DNA from: Octopus sinensis
Taxonomy: Eukaryota
Direction of reading: 5' to 3'
Assembly: GCF_006345805.1 (NCBI RefSeq)
Contig: NC_043002.1
Span: 69,750,001 to 69,814,000, forward strand
Length of the DNA: 64,000 nt
The position numbers and the translations under genes were made by a program. Below the pieces are notes generated by a model, which was given only the letters and a program-made list of their open reading frames with translations, was not told the DNA's origin and ran no database searches. Of this stretch, positions 52,346 to 64,000 are shown piece after piece; the stretch's first letter is position 1; every line of letters starts with the position of its first letter.

Positions 52346-52790
52346 CGCGAGAGATTTTGTATTGTTGTTACGGTCCCAATTCAGCTTCTTTTGAACAGAC
52401 CTATGATATAAGAAGTTGCAGTCACGACCTTGTCTTTTTTGTATATTCAAGACATTTATTGTCGAATGCGTTCTTCTTTATTTTGTTTTTTAGATAGCTG
52501 CGAGTGATAGGAAAGCGGGTTATCTGTTATGTCTAAAATATCGTGTGATCATTAGACATTATTCTCGTTCGCTCGTTAAGATCTTGGGGAAGTTGTTGAC
52601 GTAATTGACTCCAAGCTCGAATTTACGACGAAGCGATAAATTACGTTCTCTTAAACTCTTATTCAATGTTGTCAGATTAGTGACACTGCTGAAAATCAAT
52701 TATGACACTCCTGGTTACATCTAAAGTCAAAATGAGATCTGAGATTTCTGTAGGTGTAACATATTAAAATTTGCTTACTTCGTTCAACCC

Positions 52791-52862
52791 GGCCCTGTGG
52801 CGCAACGGTAGCGCGTCTGACTCCAGATCAGAAGGCTGCGTGTTCGAATCACGTCGGGGTCA
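52791..52862 (+). tRNA. trnW-CCA: tRNA-Trp (CCA)
   Basis: Identical to the 43566 copy; T8 run just downstream. Confidence 0.97.
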
Positions 52863-53739
52863 AATGTTTTTTTTGTTGTTGTTTTGTTTTAGATTTTTAA
52901 TAAATGTGGTTCTGCCATAATAGACTAATTAAATTCTATCCTGAATGATTATAACCACTGGAATTACGGAATTTTTTGGATATTTTCTTTACTGTCTTCA
53001 TTGTTCTAATAACTTTAATTTTGATTACTATGATTTTTAAGTATGAGGTGTCATAACTATAATTTGACAGGCTTTGCTTTTAAATTTTCTTGTCATTTGA
53101 TATGTTAACACTCTTAACTATTGAATTTTTGCAAGCTGGATTTTTGACTTACTCTTTTATACAGTTGCATATTACTAAATCATCTAGTGAATACTTTCAG
53201 GATTTTATTATTCATGCCTTTATCTTTTATCACTGTTTCAGCTTAAATGTAATATCTATGCTTCTATAAGGAAATAATAAGAACGAAACATATACAGATT
53301 TCTCTCCTGTGTTTGTCTCTGAGATAATTAAAATAACATTAACCTTTGGTTGATATATTTTTCTTAAAAACAATTAGTTTTAATTAGCTTTTTAACACTC
53401 CCTACATTAACTATGTTAACACTAACTTAACTAATTATATACTTTAAGCAGTGAGAGTTTTGTACTGAATGACAACAGTTATACATCCAGCTACATGCAT
53501 CTCATGATTTTTTTTCAATAAATACAATTAACCGAACTTTTTAAAGACACATTTGCTTGCAAACAATTTTTTTTAGTAACTTTCTATCTAAGAAACTTTC
53601 AAGTGGATTTACCTTTTTTGTCGTAGAACTTATCTTAATCACAGCACTCTTTAGTTATCGCCGATTTAGGCAGAAATAGCTTCTCAATTGTATTCCAGTT
53701 GTATTCCATAGCAACTGGCTGATAGAATCACCTTGTAAC

Positions 53740-55410
53740 ATTCATAAGGAGACTGTTGTTTTAAATAATCTCCAACTATTATTTCAGCAGGAGATATTTG
53801 TTTTTAGCTGTTTCTGGGTGTTATGAATATATCAATGTCATTTTAAGAAAGATATTGGTTGTCGGGAATAATCTCTGGAGCTGAGTATTAGGGCCACCAT
53901 GCTATTGTTAACGACGTTTTGATGTTATAAATAGTGTCCATGTTTCTGTTAACAGTATCTAAGTGTTATTGCAGCTACGTTAATTTTAGTAAGAGTTCGA
54001 TGTTGTAAAGTCATTATATTATATAAAACAAGAGTTATAAATGTTGTGCCTGTGATCTTCAGCACATGACAGGTGTTAGAGAGAGCCTCTATATTTTTGT
54101 AGCAACAGCAATTGCTGCTAAATCAATATTGAAGTTATTTATAGCAGGAGCTGGTTGTTTATGAATAGTCTCAGTATTTTTTTTCAAGAAGGGATGGGAG
54201 TAGTAATTATAAAATGTGTTATATTTCTCAGGAGTTAGAATGTCATAAATAGACTGTATGTTATTGTTAACATGAACCCACTGTATTAAATAGTCATTCT
54301 GTTATCTTTAGCAGACAGATGTTATATATAACCTGTTAATAAGAAATGAATGTTAGAAGTAGTCTACATGTTATCGTTAACAAGTGTTGGGTGTTAGAAA
54401 TATAGTCGCCATGTTAACAAGAGCTGGCTGAGAGATGTAGTCTCCATTTTATTGTTAACAAAATTTTTGTATTAAAATCTGTAAATGTAGAATCAGCCGG
54501 CAACTATTTGTGAACGACGTAGAACTGTTAAGCTCGTCAGAAATTGATCTTCAGGGCGCACTAGATTGGTTCGTTGCCAAGTATTGTGAAGAAGGAATGA
54601 AAACAGTTGTTTTCAGATAATGGCCTTCTTGAGAAAGTCTTCCAAGTGCATTTTGCATGCTATTTAAGCGACACTGAAGCAGGTGGAAATGTTCAGATGT
54701 CTCAGGGTTTTTTGCAAGAGTGTTAGAAGGTAGGGGCTGGATTGAATGTAAGAATTTCTGGCTCTGATGCTACAATACGCCGGTTTCTGCTCTTGCTCAT
54801 CAAAAGAAAGGTGGTAAATGAAAAAGTTGCTATCTTTAATTCTGTTTCTTAGCGATCATCAATAAAAGTGGTTGAAATAGGCTCCTCCGAAGAGTCATAG
54901 AAGTAACATTACACGATAGGGTTCGTAGCTCGGAAATCAGCTGGGTGTCACTTGAGGTCGGGCTACTGCATCTTTGCATTGCGAGCTCACAGCTCCGTAC
55001 TACGAGTATGGGGTTAGATTAATGAAAGAAATCTAGGACAAATTTTACGGACACGATCAACAGGTAGGACACGGAGAAATAGACTCCGAGTGGGTTGGGT
55101 AGATAACATCCACAGCTTCGTTTTGTCTCGCTTACGAATCAAGCCAGAGCACTGGCTGGGATTGTTTCTGATTGAAACTTCTGTAGGCGGGTTTGAGAAC
55201 ACTGTTTTCCATGAACCTCTCAAGAATAGTGTGTTTGGAAGATGGATGGCAGAAGAAATTAGGTATGCATCACTTTATCTATCTTTTTAGTCTCCTATTA
55301 TTATCAACAAGAGTTGGTTGTTGGAATAAGTTTCAATGTTGTTAACAAAAACAAGATGTTATAAATATCCTCCATATTATTACTCAAAGTAACCCAGTAT
55401 TATTCTTTCC
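53740..55410. repeat. Degenerate ~41-bp minisatellite interrupted by an RTE fragment
   Basis: Approximate consensus TAGTCTCCATGTTATTGTTAACAAGAGTTGGGTGTTATAAA; spacings 53897/53938 and 54247/54288; motif resumes ~55290-55410. Confidence 0.6.
54500..55200 (+). mobile_element. Highly decayed RTE (Expander/Rex3-like) fragment
   Basis: LFVNDVELLSSSEIDLQGALD, KQVEMFRCL, VRSSEI, LGQILRTRSTGRTRRNRLRVGWVDNI..SRLRI. Confidence 0.6.
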
Positions 55411-55777
55411 TATTCTAGGCACAAGGCTCAAAATTTTTGAGGAGGGGGCCAGTCGATTAGATCGACCCTAATACGCAAATGGTAATTAATTTATCAACCC
55501 CGAAAGGATGAAAGGCAAAGTCGACCTCGGCGGAATCTGAACTCAGAATGTAAAGACAGACGAAATACCGCTAAACATTTCGCCCGGCGTGCTAACGATT
55601 CTGCCAGTTCGCCACCTTAGTACTAAAGCAATATTGTAGTTAAATTATAGCAAATATTCATTATTATAAACGTTATAGTATATCAAGTCATTAGATAATG
55701 CAGACTTACACTATGTCTAGATAAACAAGGCTAAAGCAACAAATATTTAGATTCATTGTTAATATTAACATAGCTGG

Positions 55778-56174
55778 AAGACGGTGAGCTGGCAGAATCG
55801 TTAGTACGCCGGGCGAAATGCTTAGCGGTATTTCGTTTGCCGCTACGGTCTGAGTTCGAATTTCGCCGAGGTCGACTTTGCCTTTCATCCTTTCGGGGTC
55901 GATTAAAGAAGTACCAGTTACGCACTGGGGTCGATATAATCGACTTAATCCGTTTGTCTGTCCTTGTTTGTCCTCTCTGTGTTTAGTCCCTTGTGAGTAG
56001 AAAAGAAATAGGTATTTCGTCTGCCGTTACGTTCTGAGTTCAAATTCCGCCGAGGTCGACGTTGCCTTTCATCTTTTCGGGATCGATAAACTAAGTACCA
56101 GTTGCGTACTGGAGGTGATCTAATTGACTGGCCGCTCTACCAAAATTTCGGGCGTTATGCCTAGAGTAGAAAAG
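55778..56174 (+). mobile_element. SINE group C dimer with perfect 17-bp TSD
   Basis: AATATTAACATAGCTGG at 55761-55777 and 56175-56191. Monomers elsewhere at ~8385-8537, 11113-11326, 13594-13815, 20225-20367, 36805-36988, 43105-43257, 45168-45381, 47985-48270, 55425-55618. Confidence 0.85.
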
Positions 56175-56689
56175 AATATTAACATAGCTGGTCGACTTTG
56201 CCTTTCATCCTTTCGGGGTCGATAAAATGAGTAGTAGTTGAGTTATGGAGATGCTATAATCGACTTACCCCCCACCTCACCGAAATTGTTGGCCTTGTAC
56301 CAAAACCTGAAAGCAATATTAATATAGCTGAAGGTGGCGTGCTGGCAAAATCGTTAGCACGCCGGGCAAAATGGCAAATGTTTTCTACTGTGGCCCTGAA
56401 CCGATCAATGCCTAGTGAGTGAACAAGATAGACGGAAACAGTCTATCAAATTCGCTTGTGTGTGTATGTGTATGTGTGTGTGTGTGTGTATGTGTGTGTG
56501 TGTGTGTGTGTGTATGTGTGTGTGTGTGTGCGCGCGCATGTGTGTGTGTGTGGTGGGGTTATCAGATATTAACAGGTTCCTGTCACCCAGCCATAGGTTT
56601 CAAGAACCTGGCAAAGGGCGTCAGCAGAAGAATCTCTAACCTGACTTCAAGCAAAGAGATTTTGTATGCTGTCTACTAGCACTATGAGG

Positions 56690-57200
56690 CTCAGGCCGCC
56701 AGCGTTTTCAAGGATAAAATTAGTTACATGCTAGACCATAACCCTTCCAAGAGAAAGCGCCGCCGGAAAGTGCTGTGGTGCACAACACCCTTCTCTTTAA
56801 GTGTTAAAACCCGAGTAGGCAAGAGTTTCCTTAGCTTAGTAGACAGGCACTTCCCCCGTACAAATAGGTTCAGCAAAATATCTAATAGGCACACTCTGAG
56901 AATTTCCTTTAGCTGTGCGCCCAATGTAAAAACTGAATTTAATCAAAACATAAAAGAAAACACACAAACGGACACGGATGTGTGCCTCATCCCCTCCTCT
57001 CACCATGCAAAGGAAATACATATAGTACTACTGAACACATTTCATTCCCACAAGAACACCAACTTTAAAGACACTGAGCAGTCGCCATATTTCATTCCAT
57101 AACAGCTACCTCTGAAGAGCGCAGGGTTACATAATCGGAATGTTACCTAACACTCCGTTGAACCCCTAGTGCGAAACCGATAGGTAAGATCGACGGTAAT
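56690..57200 (+). mobile_element. Penelope-like element 3' remnant
   Basis: SKRKRRRKVLW...PFSLSVKTRVGKSFLSLVDRHFP...KISNRHTLRISFSCAPNVK (PLE RT-EN linker), followed by a hammerhead-like motif. Confidence 0.75.
57107..57186 (+). ncRNA. Hammerhead-like motif downstream of a Penelope-like fragment
   Basis: TACCT-CTGAAGA-GCGCAGGGTT...AACCCCTAGTGC-GAAA-CCGAT-AGGTA. Core and a long stem II are present and stem I is TACCT/AGGTA; the stem III/cleavage triplet is imperfect. Confidence 0.5.
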
Positions 57201-57404
57201 GGATATATAATAGCGTGCACTTTGATTAATAAATCTACTTGACTAACAGATATACGAGTGCATTTTTTCTTGACTTATGGACTCTTAGACTGCTTACACA
57301 TACATACGTACGTACGTACATACATACATACATACATACATACATACATACATACATACATACATACATACATACATGCATACATACATACATAGCCATA
57401 GCTG

Positions 57405-57680
57405 ATCTGACTTCATTGTGGGCCACAATCTTGAAATTAAACACAAAGAGTGACTCTATTGTCACCGATAGAATACAATATCGCAAAGGCATATTCCAAA
57501 GAGACAGCCTCTCTGTGATGTTTATACTTTTTGTAAACCCCTTATCGTTCATGTTAAGGAAGTCTGAAGGATATCTCACTGGTTCACAAAGAAACAGAAG
57601 TACCAAAATTACACACTGTTTCTTTGTGGATGACTTAAAACTTCATGCAAAGAATATGCATGAGATGAAAAAGAGCCTTG
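57405..57680 (+). mobile_element. R4/Dong-like RT fragment
   Basis: RKGIFQRDSLS...FVNPLSF...ITHCFFVDDLKLHAK (RT motifs GIFQGDSLSP and HLL.MDDLKL). Confidence 0.7.
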
Positions 57681-57689
57681 ACTCCTGCT

Positions 57690-58477
57690 CAATGCTGTGT
57701 GAACGTTGTAAAGGCTGTAAGACGTGACATGGACATCATGAAAACCAGAAGCCCTCAAACTGTGATGGTATTTGGGTGTGCTTCCAGTAAGGAAGACGTC
57801 CTGCCGTCTAACATGTTTGAACAGGGCCTTAGGCTTAATTCAGACGGCTATGGGAAGCTGCTGGAAACTGGTTATGTGAAGCTGTTGGAGACTGGTTACG
57901 TGAAGCTGTTGGAGACTGAGGTCAAATTCTGGTTGGGAAGGGTTGCTACTTGAAGGCCATATGTGCGGCGGTTACCTTGCCATCGGTCCGGAAAGAGTCG
58001 GAACCGGTTGTCAGGGAATTTCTACGACTTCACCAGCCCAAATTTTAGGCCTCCTAATTCACCCGATTGTAAACCTATGGAATACTATGTGTGGGGTGCG
58101 ACTGAGAAAGATGCTAATCGCTCTGTCTGTTACACCAATGCCAAGCTGGTGACCAAGATCAAGGTATTGAAATATCTTCCTAAGGATACAGTGAGGAGTG
58201 TAAGCGCCAAGTTCCCTAGCCGCCTTGAGGCTGTGGTGGAAGCTGAGGGCGGCTACTTAGAGTAAACTGTGATTTCCCAGCCATAATCAAGTTGAGATGT
58301 TTTGGTCTTTTAAAATACTTTCATTTTTGGATGGGATATTGTTTTCTTCTCGTTTTATGCAAACTGTCAAATTTAGTCCGAACACCTATATATGTATATG
58401 TGTATGTATGTGTGTGTGTGTGTGCAAGTGTGTGTGTATGTGCCTGCAAAGTGTCAAATTTACCCCGAACACCTGTA
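57690..58477 (+). mobile_element. 3' part of a Tc1/mariner-superfamily element, maT (DD37D)-like
   Basis: KTRSPQTVMVFG...GLRLNSDGY...RPYV...FTSPNFRPPNSPDCKPMEYYVWG...RLEAVVEAEGGYLE*. Right-end motif GTCAAATTTA..CCGAACACCT occurs twice; no left TIR found. Confidence 0.75.
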
Positions 58478-58481
58478 TATG

Positions 58482-58536
<55 letters not shown>

Positions 58537-58617
58537 GGGAGGGGGTGTAAGGCTTAAATGATATAAACTTATTTATATAACTATGTATTCAACTATATAT
58601 GTAAATTTTCCGTGAGT

Positions 58618-60295
58618 GGTAAATTCCACTTCGATAAATTCCACTCAGAAAATAACGGTCTATAGAAAATTAATTAGACACGCCCCTGTTACACACATCT
58701 TAACTAATTAGTCCTTAGTTAAAATATAGGTTTATGCCATTGTTACTCATTTTTTAACTGAATTTCACTGTACTGCTAATATTTTTCTATTCAGTTTAAC
58801 TTTGAACTTTGAAACCCTCAACCATGGCAACATGTATAACATCAGAGAAGAACAAACGTAGGCTTTGCAGCGAAGAGAATCATATATACGTAAAGTATAT
58901 TGGCGTTGTGAACGTTTTTACAAAGGTTGCCGGGCGAGACAACATGCAACTTTCAACTCCAGTACACCGGAAGTTATTTTTTCAACGGGTTTCCATTATC
59001 AATCAGCAAGCAGTGCACACGTTAATGCCCCAAAGGTAGTTAATTCAATGAAAAGTGAAGTAATGAGAACGGCACAGTATCTCCACGGGAAGTAATAGCA
59101 ACTGCTGTACAAAATCTCGTTGAGGATCACAATCATTGTTGCAAACTATTCCTGGACTTTCGCGTAACATACGTAACTAGAGGCAGCATGCTTTAGGAAT
59201 CCCAACTTGTCGTTCAGGATTTGAAATTCCTGATGCAGTTAGATACTTAGAAAATGGGTCCTTGTTTTTGGTCTTTGACAGTGACATTGATGACTCGGAC
59301 AGAATTTTAGTTTTTTTACTCAGGAATAAGGCTTGGATGATCTAGAAAGCTCTTAAAATTGGACCTGTGAGCGGACTTTTAAGGTGTCTCTTAGTTTGTG
59401 ATATCAGCGTTTCACGCTAGATGTCACTATTGGAGGGTCATTTGTGCCCAGGATATTTGTTTTACTTCTTGACAAAAAAGAAGCCGTGTATCATAGAGTT
59501 ATATCTGGTGTGCGGGATTTAAGGGAGAACTGTCGACCTGTGACCTGTTTTATGGACTTTGAACAAGCTCTCCATAATTCATTTGTTTCTGTATTTCCGC
59601 ATTTAGAAGGAGTTAGGTGTGTTTTTCATCTCGGATAGTCCATTTGGCGAAAGATATTTGCACTTGGTGAGAGTAGGAAATACAACACGGATGAAAGTTT
59701 TCAGCTTAAAAGTTAGTGCTTTTACGCTTTAGACGTTGCCAATGGATTTGAAGATTTGTCTGGTGATGAAAGCATCCCTTCTGAGTTTATCACTTATTTT
59801 GAGAATTCATACATTGGGACGAAGAGAAACCCCACAGTTTCGTATCTAGCTCTGAAATATATGTGACCGCATTTCAAATGACTTGCCAAGAGAAAATAAT
59901 TTGGTAGAAGGGTTCCACAATACTTTGCGGTCGTTGATAACATCTACACATCCAAATTTGTGAAAACTTTACAATGCCCTTAAGACTGAAGAAGGCTTAA
60001 GCCAGACGAAAATTGTGCACATTCGACGTGGGGACACAACAAAAAAAACCGCTTTATTAAATGATTGATGCACGATTAAAGAAGCTGAATTATCTATCTG
60101 AAAACGTTCTGCAATTTTTAAGAAATATTGCACGCAATTTGTCATAAAAGTATTTTCTGGAAATATATTAAACATTTTTCATCACTTTTTATGTACTAAG
60201 CGTCATTTTTATTTTAATGTGTGAATAAAATGTGATCTAAAATGTATTCATATTACCTAGAGTGGAATTTACCGCAGTGGAATTTACCTGGAACC
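58618..60295 (+). mobile_element. Defective Mutator-like (MULE) element
   Basis: 29-bp inverted repeats at 58618-58646 and 60260-60288 (2 mismatches), right end GGAACC. Decayed transposase: KVYWRCERFYKGCRAR (FLYWCH-like), WTCERTFK, MDFEQALHNSFVSVFPHLEGVRCVFHL, NNLVEGFHN; many stops. Confidence 0.85.
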
Positions 60296-60879
60296 AAATC
60301 TTCTAGCTATATTAGTGGACGTGATTGGCAGATGTATAAGTGTTTGTGTGTATGTGTGTGTATGTATGTGTGTGTTTTTACGTGTGTGTATGAGTATGTG
60401 TGTTAGTCTGAAATGATTACGTCATAATCAACAAGAGGAACTTGAAGCATCAATAGTTACCACCTGACAAATTTCTCATTCTCCAGTTGAGTCGCATATC
60501 CAACAAACGCTACAAATCGAATTCTGATCGATATAACTGATTTGTTTTGAAATAATCGATATATTTAGAGTATCGAATTAAGTGACTTAGTTTCTATTTT
60601 ACCATTTTTACCGCCGCTATTTGTGTTGTTGTTTCATTTGTAAATGATAAATGCCCCGTAGGACCAGGAAACTGTTTAAGCGCCTGGGCAAATTTGTCGG
60701 ACATTCTTTCGCCAACTTTTTGATATGGACTTGCACCGCCAACAATTTTGATGCTGTCGATGATGATGAAGATGATGGTTATGATGATGATGATTTCTCT
60801 GATACTTTTAATCTGCCTGAGCCAGACGCAGACGTCATTGCTGAATCAAGCACCAAAAATTTCTTGTATATTTGCCATA

Positions 60880-61060
60880 AAAGAAATTGTTGTTCGTCTA
60901 ACCAGAGGAACATTTATTATCCATAACCGAAATTTCAGCTCCATTTTACAAGTACAAAACATTTGTTGGATGAACCTAACAACAATTTCAATGTCAAATT
61001 CGGAATTCATTCCTGGATTAGATCTAGGAGTTGATGAAAATCTAACTCTGGCCATGTGGA
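60880..61060 (+). mobile_element. Possible piggyBac transposase remnant
   Basis: PFYKYKTF and FIPGLDLGVDENL resemble the piggyBac first-D region; preceded by an acidic stretch; no TIR/TTAA identified. Confidence 0.3.
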
Positions 61061-61871
61061 AGCCAAAACATGCTGATAATATGAAAAACCGGACAAGATT
61101 CCAGAATTTCGGTATTTTGATTTATGATGACAATATCAACGAGGAAGGCATCGGCACCAAGAAGACAGAACTACACAAGGAGGTGAACCACTACATATCA
61201 CACAACAACTAGCATACACCAACTAACAACTCACACACTCAGGGGCTCTGAAGGAAATTTTGTAAGGGGGAACAAAATTGCTTTCGGGACCTGCGGTGAT
61301 TGACTTTTCAGAAAATGAAACATTTACGGTCCAAATGGACCTGAAAGACCTCAATGAAGTTTCTTTTTTCTAATAAAGATAAATATTATAACATGAAATT
61401 TTAAGTTGTAGTTTTTCTTTATATAACCGCTAACAACATCTTCATCACAAACATTACTACTGATTCTACGAACAAGCCATCATCTTTTTCTTACTGATTT
61501 TATCTTAAAGGTCTAAATGTGTCCCTTGCCACAGCAAATTTTCTGATGCCCGTAATACGTACGTGGTTTATGAATAGTTGCAAACTTAAAGCACTATTTT
61601 TTAATAAAGCACCATTTGCAGATTTAGTTCCTACAGAAATATATGCCTATGGTGGTGAAATGCTCAATGAAAAACTGAACTGTTTTACTTGATGTGGTCG
61701 GCAAAGAAATCAAGGATGCTGGCAAAATCTTAGCAAAATTACTCCAGGGTCGATCCACTAACATCTCATCACTAACAGTCTCCTGCTAGTAAGTCAATGT
61801 GGCTTTCATAATCAAATAGGTACTATTGGTGTTATCTTTACCGTAGGACAGATCCAGGCGGTGCTTATATT

Positions 61872-62197
61872 ATGTTTTCATTTGTTCCAGTCATTTAACT
61901 GCGTCCATGCTGGAGCACCTCTCCCAGGACTTATTCTTTGTAAGCCTACTACTTATTCTATCGGGAATGTAAACACACCGAGTTGTCAAGTGATGGGGTG
62001 GGGGACAAACACAGACACACAATATATGTATATATACGACGAGCTTATTTCTGTTTCCGTCTACTATATCCACTCACAAGGCATTAGTCGGCCCTAGGTT
62101 ATAGCAGAATACAATTGCCCAAGGTGCTACGCAGTGGGACTGAACCCGAGACCATGTGGTTGGGAAGCAAGCTACTTACCACACACCCACGCCTGCG
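61872..62197 (-). mobile_element. SINE group A with internal deletions
   Basis: Head, core and tail recognisable. Confidence 0.75.
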
Positions 62198-62455
62198 CCT
62201 GATTCTATTTACCATATATATCTATATATGTATGTAGCTGAATCAGACCTTGTCTGTAAGCTTTGTTGATCTCACCAAAGTTTTTGACGTAGGGTGTTGT
62301 GGTGCTTCAAGAAGGATCCTTATGAAATATGGTTGCTCACCCATGTTCGCGAACTAAGTGCATCAGTTTTATGGCTTCATGCTCGCGAGCGTTTGGAACA
62401 ATGGTGACATAAGTTTATCATTTACTGTCTGTAAACAAATGAACAGTAGATAAAT

Positions 62456-62818
62456 AACAATACCTATTTCTTTACTGCCCACAAGGGGCTACACACAGAG
62501 GGGACAAACAAGGACAGACAAAGGGATTAAGTCGATTATATCGACCCTAGTGCATAACTGGTACTTATTTAATCGACACCGAAAGGATGAAAGGCAAAGT
62601 CGACCTCGGCGGAATTTGAATAACAATACCAAACAACAATACCTATTTCTTTACTGCCCACAAGGGGCTACACACAGAGGGGACAAACAAGGACAGACAA
62701 AGGGATTAAGTCGATTATATCGACCCTAGTGCATAACTGGTACTTATTTAATTGACACCGAAAGGATGAAAGGCAAAGTCAACCTCGGCGGAATTTGAAT
62801 AACAATACCAAACAACAA
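62456..62818 (-). repeat. Tandem duplication (179-bp period) of a 5'-truncated SINE-C unit
   Basis: TACCTATTTC starts at 62461 and 62640; the two units differ at two CpG positions. Confidence 0.9.
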
Positions 62819-62866
62819 TCCAACTCTTAATGATCGTAAAATTGGTATAAAACAATAAAAGCTGTA

Positions 62867-62938
62867 TGACCCCGACGTGATTCGAACACGCAGCCTTCTG
62901 ATCTGGAGTCAGACGCGCTACCGTTGCGCCACAGGGCC
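62867..62938 (-). tRNA. trnW-CCA: tRNA-Trp (CCA)
   Basis: Identical to the 43566 copy; TTTTATTGTTTT downstream on the minus strand. Confidence 0.97.
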
Positions 62939-63312
62939 AGTCAATTAACACTTATCAATGAAAGTATATAACTCTAACTCACAACAAACTTCACTCAGCT
63001 GTGTCATCTATATTACTTTTTACTCTCGTCTACCGCTTGTAATTATTTCATCGCTTACATAATGTTTAGAAAGGTTACATTATTAATAAATGCAGCGGCA
63101 GCAGCAGCAACAGCAGCAACAGCAGCACTATTAACAATAACTTATTTGTACCTAAAAATAATTATGAAGAGGCGTAGCAGAGTAATCAATAAAAACGACT
63201 TCAATATTTGATTTGAATTTTTTGTATACACTTGTGGAGTACCTGTCAATAATGACGGGGTTTATTTGAGAAGAGAATGAATTATGTGTATGAGTAAGAC
63301 AGTGCCATTGGC

Positions 63313-63383
<71 letters not shown>

Positions 63384-63463
63384 GATGCTGAGTTTATTGT
63401 ATAAGTAAGACTAATAAAGTAATAGAAAGAGGGAGAAAATACTTATGAGTGTGTGAGCTGAGC

Positions 63464-63549
<86 letters not shown>

Positions 63550-63564
63550 ATATATGTATGTATG

Positions 63565-63598
<34 letters not shown>

Positions 63599-63801
63599 TG
63601 TATGTACATACATATATATATATACATACATATATAAGTGTGTGTATGTGTGTGCATGTTTGTGTATCTTCCTTACTAATGTGAAATTCTCTCTCATTTA
63701 ATTATTCATTTAATTATTCCCTCTATCTCTTTATCTAAATCATCTAGCCCATTTTATGTCGTACTCTATTGGCTCATCTCCCTCTTTGCCTCACTCTCTC
63801 C

Positions 63802-63908
<107 letters not shown>

Positions 63909-64000
63909 AATCTATCTAAATGTATCGAAGTAATCACACTTGTGGTAATAAAAAAATGACAACCTTCGTTTAAATTTCTAAAATCTGATTGTCAATTTTC

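Noticed and set aside
59984-60015. CTGAAGA-AGGCTTAAGCC-AGAC-GAAA
   Set aside because: Lies inside the MULE coding remnant and lacks stems I and III.

Overview
Eukaryotic, repeat-saturated intergenic DNA. The SINE families and microsatellite density point to a cephalopod, probably Octopus (inference). No host protein-coding gene is supported; nearly all listed ORFs are translations of microsatellites. Supported content: (1) six tRNA-Trp(CCA) copies at 43.5-62.9 kb, five identical and one degenerate; (2) three abundant tRNA-derived SINE groups (labelled A, B, C here), including TSD-flanked dimers; (3) decayed non-LTR retrotransposon fragments (RTE, CR1/L2-group, R4/Dong-like, Penelope-like); (4) decayed DNA transposons (two TIR-bounded mariners, a maT-like fragment, a Mutator-like element, hAT and mariner MITEs, a probable Helentron-type HINE). 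The most notable unexplained structure is a canonical type I hammerhead ribozyme inside a ~458-bp unit with a terminal direct repeat and a perfect 87-bp foldback (33.5-34.1 kb). Also notable are further hammerhead-like motifs, a second perfect 96-bp foldback inside the tRNA cluster, a covarying 3' hairpin shared by SINE-A and two LINEs, and RTE-like tails carrying 2-3 tandem C2H2 fingers. Family names come from recalled motifs, not database searches, and boundaries of degraded elements are approximate.
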